Source: Wickerhamiella versatilis (lineage: Eukaryota). Taken from it: DNA of 64,000 bases. The notes beneath the pieces are model-generated. The model made no database searches. It had not been told where the DNA came from and saw only the letters and a list, made by a program, of their open reading frames with translations. Made by a program: the position numbers and the translations under genes. Location of the stretch: contig JAQOWU010000008.1 of NCBI GenBank assembly GCA_030867685.1, positions 3,968,001 through 4,032,000 of the forward strand, written 5' to 3'. Every line of letters begins with the position of its first letter. Within the stretch, counting starts at the first letter, position 1. Below, piece after piece: positions 29,759 through 39,541 of this stretch.

Positions 29759-32700
29759 TTACCGTTGTTGCATTAATTCTCGTAAATCAGACATCTCTTG
29801 AATGATACATTCTTGATCATCACTAGGTGACATCCTAGTAGTCAAATATTTTCTATGAGAGGAAAGATGATCTATTGCCCGTAATAGCTCATCACGATTA
29901 AATAATTCTTGAATGTTTCCATTTAATTCTTCAGGTGCCAGTGACGCTATAAGTGAAAGGAGAGCATGAAGCAAGAGAGTCTCCTCTATAAGAGCAAGAG
30001 ATATCTGACCAGTTTGAGAAGACCACTGCTCGACACATGTTCTTATTTGCAATCGGAAGCTATCTAGAAATAGCCACGCTTCTTCCACTATACGAGTTCC
30101 AAGCTGTTTCAGTAACTCTAGAAGAATTGAGAGAAGTCCATGGCACCAAGTAGAGTGTACATGTTTTTCAGCTGCTGGGATTACCCCACCTTTTTGAATT
30201 CTTCGCGACATTGGCGACTCAACCAAGACTGTGAGCAGACCATTTGATACAAAGTGGTCTGCCATTATACCAACAGGTAACCATTCGTGGATATAAAGCA
30301 GTGCTAGTTCTCCAAGTCCACCGTGGGGATCGATATCTAGCGCATAGGAGTATAACCTTGACATGTATCTGTCGCTACAGGTTTCAGCCATCACCTGGCC
30401 CAACGGGCTCATGATGAGTGAATCATGCCCAAGTAGCCGCAATGCGTGGTGCAAAATGGCGATTATCTCCTCTAAGTCTTGTGAAGCGCTCTTGGTCCTA
30501 TCCGGGTCTAACGCGAGTGATGCAATGACTTGCACAGGACGAATAACCACTAAATCAAGAGTTGAAAGAAGAATTTGTGAAAGTCGGGGTTCGTTAGAGC
30601 GCCCAAAAAGTGATAGTTGAAAACTTAGAATCTTTAGAACATCACAGTATACTCTTATACCTTGTGCAGCGTCGGCATTTGCTTGTATACCTACAAGAGG
30701 GTCAGCCAATAACTGGAGTGCAGCATCGACCACCTCAATGGATGCCTTCTTGGTGTAAAATATCATCACGAACGCCATGTTCGTCCTCATCTCCAAAAGC
30801 CGCCGGAAAAATAAGTTGGTCAAATCTACGTTTGCTTGCAGCCTGTCTAATGCAAGTAAAGCGCATTTGTCAAGATTAGGAGTCTGTGGATGTGCTGCTG
30901 CTAGCGAGACACACCATTTACGCCAACTTTCAAGAAGTTCGGTTTGAGCTGCAACGCAAGACAAATTAGCATTCAACGACATGATATCAGCCCGATACCT
31001 AGGCCAATAAGGGTCTTGGTGGAAAGATGCATTGAGCTTTGATATATCATAAGGGTAATGCTCTCCATATACCTCATCATGAATAAAGTCAGTGAGCCTC
31101 GCCCGATATTTGATCATAATAGCCTTATGGGTACGGTCATAAAGCTTGCTATCAAAATTCTTGATTGATATAAATTTTCGAGTGTTTTCCAAAATATCCG
31201 CCGTGCGTAATTTCTCAGGGAAATGACTGCGTAATATATCCACTGCGTGCGCTGTGGATCGCAGCTGCCAGCATGAATCATCATTGATATCTACAGGCAC
31301 ATTTTCCAGCATCTTCAGCAAAACGTTATCAAGACCAGGTTTCTTCGCCATTTGACCAGCTGAAATGGCTTCCAAAAGGGCAGCTTGTAATTCCCAACTG
31401 AGATCAGGCTTGGTGGCAGTCGCCTCCAGACAGGGAAGCAGACCAGAAAACTTCTTGCCTTCAAGGCCTTCTCCAGTCTTAAGCAAAAACAAGAGACCCT
31501 CTTGTTTCGAGGCCGCAACAGCGGTAAATAGTCGACAAATCGCAATAAGAACCACGTCGTTCTCCAGATCATCTTGAACGCTACTAACTAATAGCTTGAG
31601 TAAAATCTCTGAGAATTTAGGGCCAAGGTAGGCCAATAGCGAGGGTGCTTGCTCATGTACCATTCCTCCTGCGACTAGAATACCCAATACTTGTAAAACA
31701 AGGGGTCTCAGTGAGGGGTGGCGTATAAAAATATTAACCAGTGATTTTGACTGGGTATAGAGCTCCTTGCGGAGTTCTGGAGTGTTTTCGTTGTTTTCTG
31801 CACAATATTGTAGGGTGACTTGAACATCCTTCACATTTGGCGATTCCAGTGCACTTATCAGCGGTGAACAAGATCGCAACCCAAACTGAAGCCGCGAGAA
31901 AATGCCAAGTATAGAGCTCAAAATAGCCTGTTTTTGTGAAGCTATAGAATAAGTCCAATACTGAAAACTTTCAAATACGTCCCCAAGATATCTTGTGATT
32001 TGAGCTTGCATTCTCTTCGGAAGTTGTCCCTCGTCTTTAAGTATCCTACTGATGAATTCGAGGAAATTCAATGTAAATCCAAAGCGCGTTGAGAAAATCT
32101 CTACGCTACCTATGACATCCGAAACGTAGCCATTACCAACACCACCCATGAGAGAACTCCGTTCTAAAAATGTTTGCACTCGGTGAGGGTAGTGGCGTAT
32201 TAGCGCTTTAAGGAAGTTGATAAGCTCTGCAACTCCATCTATATGCTTGAAATCCGCCATCCAATTCTCCATGCGAACCATCACAAGTTCCAAAAAGTCG
32301 CCACGGGCAAGACCACTGCTTAACGCTAGCACAACCGGCTCTGCATCTATTACCGAAGTGAAAGTCTCGGTTAGCAACGTAATTATAGGCATAACTGACT
32401 CAAAGTCGTCCTTCTGGTCAGCATTTTCCACTACTCTTCCCAGCAGCGACCACCCGTTGTAGCTGAAGGTCCACATGACGAGTGTCTTGGCGGGTGCTGT
32501 ACTGATCACCTTGCCACGGGTACCGCCATCCACAACGACTGCACCCTCGTTATCACTAGGTCGCGGAGGAAATATTACGATATCACGCTTAGCGACCGCA
32601 TCAAAGTCAGATATTTCTATATCTGATGTATTCACTTCGTCTATAAAACACGGAATGCTTTCGAATGACTTCAGCCTGTCTTTTATGGGAAGGATACGCG

Positions 32701-33790
32701 CCATATCGACAAAGGCGTCAATAGCGGCTGGTACTTTGGCACGAGTAAGTTCCCACGCCTGCTGCACTACGCTGCTTGAGAAAAATTCTGTTTGTAGTAC
32801 TGCATAAGGAGCAAGAACTTTCCCAAGACCCTTAGCAAAAGCCGGTGTGATTTTGCATACCTCTAGTAAAGACCTGAGGACATCGCTCACCGTCTGTGCG
32901 TACTGAACATTGGTTCCCAGTAACTCTAGTATGTATACCAGTTGTGTATGACCATGATCTTGTAGGCTCTTTTGCACAAAGTCTCGAGCATACATGTCAA
33001 ATTGGACCGAATCACGGGCATCTAGTGCCGTCAGAAGGGCCTCACTCGGACTACGAAGGGCAATATGATGCAGAACTAAGCCCCAGACAAGCTTGATACA
33101 GGGCGGTGCGTCTTCCATTGCACTAGCGATACTCTTCATGGTATCTGGTTGCCGTGCGTAACTATCGACGCCCCAGCTCTGGTGAACGTTCAAGAATTGT
33201 ACAGTGGTCAGGACGCCTAAAGGTTCGCCTGCGAACCATTGGGCCTTTTTTGATGCTAGATTAAACCACTCGCTGATAAGGGCCGAGCTGTCCGGAATTA
33301 CTGAAAACAGAGCCTGATACGTAAGTTCTTGAAGCCTGGGAGAGCCAACGGCCCGAGAAAAAACATTGGGCCAAAATGACCGGTCTTCCAATATATCTGG
33401 GACGTACTTATCGACAGTTTTCTGTAGCTCTTCGTCGATGCTTCCCTCACTTCCGCCCTCATATAGCGTGAAGAGCTGGCTAACAACTTTCACGAGCGCA
33501 TCTTCCTCGCGAATTAGAAAAGTAGCACAGTCATCCATCCACATCTCTGTGGGTACTCCCAAAGTAGCGACCGCGTATTTCGCAGCTTTTAACGGTATCT
33601 TTCGAGAGGAGGCAAGCTGTTGTGCTGCATTCTGTTGATGATCAGTACTAAGTGATGTCTCAGGCCAGTCCACGTCATAGCAGGTCGCAAGCTGTCTTCT
33701 CGAGCGTTCAAAAAACTTATCAAGTGCTTTCAAATTCCGAGCACTTGGTTTTTGTGCCTGAAGTACACCAAGGGCCCCAGCGAACGTCAT
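29759..33790 (-). CDS. NUP188: Nucleoporin Nup188
   Basis: Large helical protein with VMWTFSYNGWSLLGR, PSLLAYLG, YGEHYPYD, DIMSLNANLS, LVESPMSRRIQKG and WCHGLLSILL, recognised as Nup188-type segments. Confidence 0.78.
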   Translation of the reverse strand: MTFAGALGVLQAQKPSARNLKALDKFFERSRRQLATCYDVDWPETSLSTDHQQNAAQQLASSRKIPLKAAKYAVATLGVPTEMWMDDCATFLIREEDALVKVVSQLFTLYEGGSEGSIDEELQKTVDKYVPDILEDRSFWPNVFSRAVGSPRLQELTYQALFSVIPDSSALISEWFNLASKKAQWFAGEPLGVLTTVQFLNVHQSWGVDSYARQPDTMKSIASAMEDAPPCIKLVWGLVLHHIALRSPSEALLTALDARDSVQFDMYARDFVQKSLQDHGHTQLVYILELLGTNVQYAQTVSDVLRSLLEVCKITPAFAKGLGKVLAPYAVLQTEFFSSSVVQQAWELTRAKVPAAIDAFVDMARILPIKDRLKSFESIPCFIDEVNTSDIEISDFDAVAKRDIVIFPPRPSDNEGAVVVDGGTRGKVISTAPAKTLVMWTFSYNGWSLLGRVVENADQKDDFESVMPIITLLTETFTSVIDAEPVVLALSSGLARGDFLELVMVRMENWMADFKHIDGVAELINFLKALIRHYPHRVQTFLERSSLMGGVGNGYVSDVIGSVEIFSTRFGFTLNFLEFISRILKDEGQLPKRMQAQITRYLGDVFESFQYWTYSIASQKQAILSSILGIFSRLQFGLRSCSPLISALESPNVKDVQVTLQYCAENNENTPELRKELYTQSKSLVNIFIRHPSLRPLVLQVLGILVAGGMVHEQAPSLLAYLGPKFSEILLKLLVSSVQDDLENDVVLIAICRLFTAVAASKQEGLLFLLKTGEGLEGKKFSGLLPCLEATATKPDLSWELQAALLEAISAGQMAKKPGLDNVLLKMLENVPVDINDDSCWQLRSTAHAVDILRSHFPEKLRTADILENTRKFISIKNFDSKLYDRTHKAIMIKYRARLTDFIHDEVYGEHYPYDISKLNASFHQDPYWPRYRADIMSLNANLSCVAAQTELLESWRKWCVSLAAAHPQTPNLDKCALLALDRLQANVDLTNLFFRRLLEMRTNMAFVMIFYTKKASIEVVDAALQLLADPLVGIQANADAAQGIRVYCDVLKILSFQLSLFGRSNEPRLSQILLSTLDLVVIRPVQVIASLALDPDRTKSASQDLEEIIAILHHALRLLGHDSLIMSPLGQVMAETCSDRYMSRLYSYALDIDPHGGLGELALLYIHEWLPVGIMADHFVSNGLLTVLVESPMSRRIQKGGVIPAAEKHVHSTWCHGLLSILLELLKQLGTRIVEEAWLFLDSFRLQIRTCVEQWSSQTGQISLALIEETLLLHALLSLIASLAPEELNGNIQELFNRDELLRAIDHLSSHRKYLTTRMSPSDDQECIIQEMSDLRELMQQR

Positions 33791-34146
33791 CTGTTCGCTT
33801 AGTCACGGACCCACAACAGGCGATTCTAGTCAAGAGCTTGCCTGGTCATGACTAGAGTCGTATGTTGATGTACTTATTCTTCTCTGTCGGGTGTAAACTT
33901 ATTGTTGTATCGTGGCATAGTGGTACTTTATTTCTGTATTACTACTGATCACATAAATTTTATATCGTCTAATTTGGTATTACAAGATTAGGAAAAACAA
34001 CTGGTACAATAAAAGCCTAGAGTTGTTCAATTACAAGGATCATCAGACACCAACCACAGAAAGGAGGAAAAAAAAATTGGAGTATTTAGTACAAGTAGCT
34101 AACGATTATGTCTCTTACCGGGTGGCTTACTTATAACATAAGAGAC

Positions 34147-34803
34147 ATGCCGATTGCGAAGATCTGTGGTCTACGAACAGTAGAAGCAGCAGAGACAGCT
34201 ATCGATAATGGTGCGGACATGCTCGGGGTTATAGCTGTACCAAAATCCAAGCGCTGCATCGAGACGCACGTGGCTAAAGCGATATCTGAACTCGTGAGGC
34301 AGCGAAGAGAACGAGAACGAAGAGAAACTACCTTGCTTGGGCTCCAGGTCCCTCTGCTCACTGGTGTTTTCATGAACCAGCCCTTAGAGGAAATAATAAG
34401 ACTTCAAGAAGAACTAGGACTTGACGTGGTTCAGCTTCATGGAGACGAACCAATTGAGTGGTGTGAAGAGATACCGGTGCCAGTTGTAAAACGGTTTACT
34501 CCGGGAACAGCTGAATTTGAAGCACTTGTTAATGGAAAACTGCCCAGCCAACCAGATCTGGTGCTCGTGGACACCGCGGCCGGCGGAACAGGAAAAAAGG
34601 TTGACTGGACCAGTCTTGGTGCCCTTGCAGATGCGAACGTACCTTACCTGTTAGCCGGTGGTCTTGACCCGGAAAACGTGGTAACCGCCCTCAATCAACC
34701 TGGCATACTAGGAGTAGATGTAAGTTCTGGGGTGGAGACGAACGACATGAAGGATCCAGAGAAAATCAAAAAATTCTTGCATACCACTAATAGAGGGATT
34801 TAA
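34147..34803 (+). CDS. TRP1: Phosphoribosylanthranilate isomerase (stand-alone TrpF)
   Basis: KICGLRT, GVFMNQ, LDVVQLHGDE, DTAAGGTG, LAGGLDPENV and GVDVSSGVET. An in-frame upstream ATG lies at 34108. Confidence 0.95.
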   Translation: MPIAKICGLRTVEAAETAIDNGADMLGVIAVPKSKRCIETHVAKAISELVRQRRERERRETTLLGLQVPLLTGVFMNQPLEEIIRLQEELGLDVVQLHGDEPIEWCEEIPVPVVKRFTPGTAEFEALVNGKLPSQPDLVLVDTAAGGTGKKVDWTSLGALADANVPYLLAGGLDPENVVTALNQPGILGVDVSSGVETNDMKDPEKIKKFLHTTNRGI

Positions 34804-34897
34804 GGGCACACAGAACGTCCTGCATAATTTGCATGGAAACATAATAGCTTTAAGAAGCCCAAATGTCTAATGATGTTCTAAAAATTAATGGCTAGAT

Positions 34898-35758
34898 TTA
34901 GACAGACGCACCAGAGATGTAGAACCACTTGTCAATCGAGGGGTCAATAGGGGCATCTGGTTTTGGCGATGCGGGGGGCACATCGCTTGCAGAAACAGTT
35001 GACTGGTTGTGCAGTGTAGTGTTCGCGAGAGAGGTGGACTTAGCGTCAACCTTTCCAGCTTCCAATCGCTCCCAGGCCTCGGCACACTCCCGAATGACCT
35101 CATTCGCGTAGGCCTTGTTCTTGGCCTCTCCACTGAAAGCAAACTGGTTCTCAGGCTTGCCGTCAGGGATCTTGTAGATGCGGAACCACTCGTTAGTGGC
35201 ACGCAAAAGACCCGGGAAATGGCGTTCCACATCCTCGATGTCATTCACCTTGGATGCATGCGGGTCCTTCACGTCGATAACGATGACCTTCCAGTCAGTC
35301 TCGCCCTCATCAAGGAGCGCCATCACGCCCAGGACCTTCACCTGCTTGACCTGGCCGGTGTACCCTACGGTCTCACCAATCTCACAGACGTCAAGAGGAT
35401 CATCGTCACCGTGTGCCTTGGTGTCGGGATGAACGCTGTTAGGATCCTCCCAAGTCTGAGGGAACGCACCATAGTTGTGAATATAGCCCTTGTGAGGGAA
35501 ACAGTTGCGGACAAAGCGCAACTTACCCTTCTTTGTGTCCTGAATGATGGGGTTGAATTTCTCCTCCTTGCTGATCTCGAGCTTGGCGTTAGTCCAACGA
35601 GGTACCTCAACGATCATGTTCAGGACCGTCTTCTCCGGGTTAGCGTACAAGGGAATATCATGGAACGGCGAAACTATTTGACCGCTCTCACTGTCCTTGA
35701 CATACAGCTTATAGTCAAGTGTATTTTTCGCGCCAATCTGATAGGTTGTGTAGGGCAT
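34898..35758 (-). CDS. IPP1: Soluble inorganic pyrophosphatase (conserved core; longer N-terminal isoforms possible from ATGs 35803, 35842, 35986)
   Basis: [43 protein letters not shown] and [10 protein letters not shown]. Strong C-ending codon bias typical of a highly expressed gene. Confidence 0.96.
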   Translation of the reverse strand: MPYTTYQIGAKNTLDYKLYVKDSESGQIVSPFHDIPLYANPEKTVLNMIVEVPRWTNAKLEISKEEKFNPIIQDTKKGKLRFVRNCFPHKGYIHNYGAFPQTWEDPNSVHPDTKAHGDDDPLDVCEIGETVGYTGQVKQVKVLGVMALLDEGETDWKVIVIDVKDPHASKVNDIEDVERHFPGLLRATNEWFRIYKIPDGKPENQFAFSGEAKNKAYANEVIRECAEAWERLEAGKVDAKSTSLANTTLHNQSTVSASDVPPASPKPDAPIDPSIDKWFYISGASV

Positions 35759-36378
35759 AGTTGGAGTAAGGTGTTTGCTGAGTTGTGCGAGACGATGTGA
35801 CATCGTGGCAGCTCTTACTGAGCCATTACCAAGCGATGACATAACCACCTTTGTCGAAAGAGGCGGAAACAAATATGGACGAGTTATGGTGGAGAATTTA
35901 CTGCTGTAGAGGGTATTCAAACGGTGCTCACCGAAAACGAAGATGCTTGATGGGAGCCCTCTGGGTTTTACCAGCGATAACGGCATGAAAGACACCGTGT
36001 AGCTTACGTTACCTAGTCTTACATGATTTATAAATGAATAGCTCGTACTAAAATGCACGAGGTTGTAGGCATAGGAAAAAGGATCGCTAATTGCTTAATT
36101 TGGTGATACCCCGAGAAATGCAAATTGCTGCTCCATCAAGGTATTTGTATTTGTATGCATATAAGGGAATTAAGTCGTGATTTCTCATACCACACTAGCT
36201 ACAATCGAAGTTTACCAAACTATACGTGCCACATAATACCACATATTCAAATACTAACAGCATGTGGGTAAAAAAAATCATCGATTAATATGTTGTATAA
36301 GGATCACGAAACATTCAAGGCTCGCCACCAATTATACTTTGTCAGCAAACTAGATAGACAGTATCCACCTCTACACTT

Positions 36379-39327
36379 ATGAGATTGATGCGAAGCCGAG
36401 TGGCGCTGGCGCCGCTTCTACCGCTTGGTTCAAGGAAGATAGTGTCTGTGCGTGGATTTTCCTGCAGTCGTCTAGTAGCCAAACAAAAGTCAGGGGACGA
36501 TAATGGAGATGACAAGGACAACTTAAAGGAGTCAGGGCACCCACCTGGTTCTCCCAAGAATGTAGATGATGCGTTGAGACAGAAGGCGCAGCAATTACGC
36601 GCGCGTGATCCTAAACGCGAGGGACTGTTTCAGCCTAACAAGCAAGTAGATTCCGAGGTCACACAGGGCAAAGACGATAGAGGTGGCGTTGGTGGCGATG
36701 GAGATGGTGATGGCGGCGGTCAGAATTCATCACCTATCTCGAAGCAGGAGCGCGTCCTGCCCATTCAGCTCCAGTACAGGCCCGTGTTTCCTGGAATGGC
36801 GTCACATTTCACGTCGACTGACCCTAAGTTTATTTCCACTGTCACCAAGCTGCGCGAAACAGGACACTGGAATCAACGTGTGATTGCTGTAATGTCCAAG
36901 AAAAAGATTGATACTGCTCAGCTGGTCACGAATCTTGACGATGTGTATGATGTAGCATGTTGTTGCCATCTGAGCCGTGTGGTTATCGCAAACAATGCCC
37001 GTGAGACAATGTATGGTGTTCTCTATCCCCAGTTCAGGGTGAGAATTGGCGAGCTGGTCGAAAATGTTCGGGGTGCCACGAGCATTACAAGGGGAGATCA
37101 ACCTGCTCCGGCGGATGAGTCGCCACTTGATAAGGTGACAGTCCAGTGGATGAAAGGCGTAACAGCTTTGCCGAATGAACCATATGCCGTGAATGACGAT
37201 GAGATCCAGCAATTGAGCCGCAAAATTATCGACGGACTGCAAACCATGTCGGTTTTGTCGGCTGCAGTGAAGGCAGAGGTGGAAAAGTTCAGCCAGCTAG
37301 TCCCTCTAGCCCCTGGCGGAAGCTTTGATCAGCCGGATTTTCTCGCAGACTTTGCTGCAAGCCTTCTACCTAAGAATGAAGGTCTACAGGAAATTCTTGA
37401 AAAGACGAATGTGGCGGACCGCCTTAGGGTCGTTGCAGATCTTGTCGGAAAAGAGGTCGACTATATGCGGGTTCAGGAGGGTATTTACAAGTATGGTCAT
37501 GATCAGACCCAGCAGAAAAATCGTGAAATGATATTACACGAGTACCTGCGTTATATTAAGCGCGAGCTAGGAATGGATGGTGATGAAAAATCTCGTCTCG
37601 CCGATAAGTTCCAAGAGCGTGCCGACTCCATGCTTGATGGAATGCCACCTGATGTTCGGCGGGTCTTTGAGGACGAAATGAACAAGTTCCGTTCCCTGGA
37701 ACCAAATGCAGGCGAGTACAATACTGTACGTACATATCTTGACTGGTTGACATCCCTGCCATGGGGTAAGTACTCCCAGGACAAGTTTGTGATTAAAGAT
37801 GCTCGTAATATCCTGGATAAATCTCATTTTGGACTCAAGGATGTGAAAGAACGTATCTTGGAGTTCCTTGCTGTGGGTAAACTCCGTGGCACAGTTGATG
37901 GGAAGATTATCTGTTTAGCTGGTCCCCCAGGAGTCGGGAAAACTAGTATTGCCCGCTCTATAGCTGATTCACTCAACAGGAAATTTGACAGATTCTCTGT
38001 TGGTGGATTGTATGACGTTTCTGAGATTAAGGGTCATCGCCGCACATATGTTGCGAGCCTTCCTGGGCGCATCATCCAGTCACTTAAGAAATGCCAGACA
38101 CTTAACCCGGTCATTCTTATCGACGAAATTGATAAGCTGGCCAGAGGAGGCTCACATGGCGACCCATCAGCGGCTTTGCTTGAAGCCCTCGACCCAGAAC
38201 AGAACAAAGCTTTCCAAGACACTTATATGGAGGTTCCAGTTGATCTGTCAAGAGTTCTTTTCGTCTGCACAGCGAATAATCTTGACACAATCCCCGCTCC
38301 TCTGATGGATAGAATGGAGGTCATACACATCCCAGGATACTTGCCAGACGAGAAAGTGTCAATTGCTCAATCCTACCTTACACCCAAAGCGCGCAGAGAA
38401 AGCGGCTTGGATGATTCCAATGTTGATATAACAGGTGAGGCATTGCAAACTCTCGTGATGAAATACACCAGGGAGTCTGGAGTTCGTGGTCTCTCCAAGA
38501 ATATCGAGAAGATCTTTAGAAAGTTTGCATTTGAAGTGGTTAACGGCCATGAAGCGAAAGAATCAGAGAAAGATCATAAGGAGGCAGTTCGTCAATTTGA
38601 GCTTGTTCTGAAGCCTAAAGATTTGATAAAGTACGTTGGTGTAGCTCCCCATCCTAACGATCGACTGTATGAACCGCCACTCCCAGCCGGGGTGGCCATG
38701 GGACTTGGGTGGACTCCAAGTGGTGGAATGCCTCTGTTCATCGAGAGCGTGATCCAGGAACCACTAACCAAGGAGTCAAAGCCAAAGTTTACACGTACAG
38801 GACAGCTAGGTGAAGTGATGAACGAGTCAACCTCGATCGCCTACTCATTTGTGCGGATGTTCATAGCTAAGAAATTTCCGCGAAACCGCTTCCTCGATTT
38901 TGCATCTGTCCACACACATTTCCCGGAGGGTGCCATCAAGAAAGATGGCCCTAGTGCGGGAATTGCAATGGCAACCTCGTTGTTGTCTCTTGCCATGAAT
39001 ACGCCTGCGAATCCTGATGTAGCAATGACGGGTGAATTGAGCCTTACAGGAAAAGTGTTGCAGATCGGTGGCCTAAGAGAAAAGTCCGTAGCAGCACGCA
39101 CCCTTGGGATCAAGACAATCATATTCCCCGAAGATAACCGTGCGGAATGGGAGGATCTGCCATTGAACATTCGCGAGGGTATCGAAGCGCGCCCCGTAAA
39201 GTCTTATGAGGAGGTTTTCCCCATAATGTTTGGTCATGCGGATCCTGCTGTGGTCAATTCTGCCTGGCCCGAGATAGAGGGAAGTAGCAAGCGGGCTAGC
39301 AAACAGCAAACGGTTGCAACTGTCTAG
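36379..39327 (+). CDS. PIM1: Mitochondrial Lon protease
   Basis: Basic presequence, YLDWLTSLPWG, GPPGVGKTS, LIDEIDK, catalytic KDGPSAG and IGGLREK. No C-terminal PTS1. Confidence 0.93.
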   Translation: MRLMRSRVALAPLLPLGSRKIVSVRGFSCSRLVAKQKSGDDNGDDKDNLKESGHPPGSPKNVDDALRQKAQQLRARDPKREGLFQPNKQVDSEVTQGKDDRGGVGGDGDGDGGGQNSSPISKQERVLPIQLQYRPVFPGMASHFTSTDPKFISTVTKLRETGHWNQRVIAVMSKKKIDTAQLVTNLDDVYDVACCCHLSRVVIANNARETMYGVLYPQFRVRIGELVENVRGATSITRGDQPAPADESPLDKVTVQWMKGVTALPNEPYAVNDDEIQQLSRKIIDGLQTMSVLSAAVKAEVEKFSQLVPLAPGGSFDQPDFLADFAASLLPKNEGLQEILEKTNVADRLRVVADLVGKEVDYMRVQEGIYKYGHDQTQQKNREMILHEYLRYIKRELGMDGDEKSRLADKFQERADSMLDGMPPDVRRVFEDEMNKFRSLEPNAGEYNTVRTYLDWLTSLPWGKYSQDKFVIKDARNILDKSHFGLKDVKERILEFLAVGKLRGTVDGKIICLAGPPGVGKTSIARSIADSLNRKFDRFSVGGLYDVSEIKGHRRTYVASLPGRIIQSLKKCQTLNPVILIDEIDKLARGGSHGDPSAALLEALDPEQNKAFQDTYMEVPVDLSRVLFVCTANNLDTIPAPLMDRMEVIHIPGYLPDEKVSIAQSYLTPKARRESGLDDSNVDITGEALQTLVMKYTRESGVRGLSKNIEKIFRKFAFEVVNGHEAKESEKDHKEAVRQFELVLKPKDLIKYVGVAPHPNDRLYEPPLPAGVAMGLGWTPSGGMPLFIESVIQEPLTKESKPKFTRTGQLGEVMNESTSIAYSFVRMFIAKKFPRNRFLDFASVHTHFPEGAIKKDGPSAGIAMATSLLSLAMNTPANPDVAMTGELSLTGKVLQIGGLREKSVAARTLGIKTIIFPEDNRAEWEDLPLNIREGIEARPVKSYEEVFPIMFGHADPAVVNSAWPEIEGSSKRASKQQTVATV

Positions 39328-39541
39328 ATCATTAGCTATTAACGATTTAACGATACCGTAGCGTTCTTGCAATAGTTTTCATTTTAATATGAAGCACAGA
39401 ATTAGTTGTTCTGAGCATTTTATAAACCTGCAAGTCGCCCGAGCTCCGCTGCGGAGATGACTGCTTATATAATCGTAATAATCGGCGGCTAAATCTGTGA
39501 GGTAAGGAAGTAACACGCTGATCTTAAACATCACTTTACGA

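Noticed and set aside
34061-34068. Shine-Dalgarno-like AAGGAGGA upstream of TRP1, suggesting bacterial origin
   Set aside because: It lies 40-80 bp from the ATGs, too far for an SD, and the protein looks like a fungal Trp1.
35009-35800. 263-aa ORF antisense to IPP1
   Set aside because: It mirrors the IPP1 frame. Strong codon bias in a highly expressed gene removes antisense stops, and the translation has no recognisable motif.
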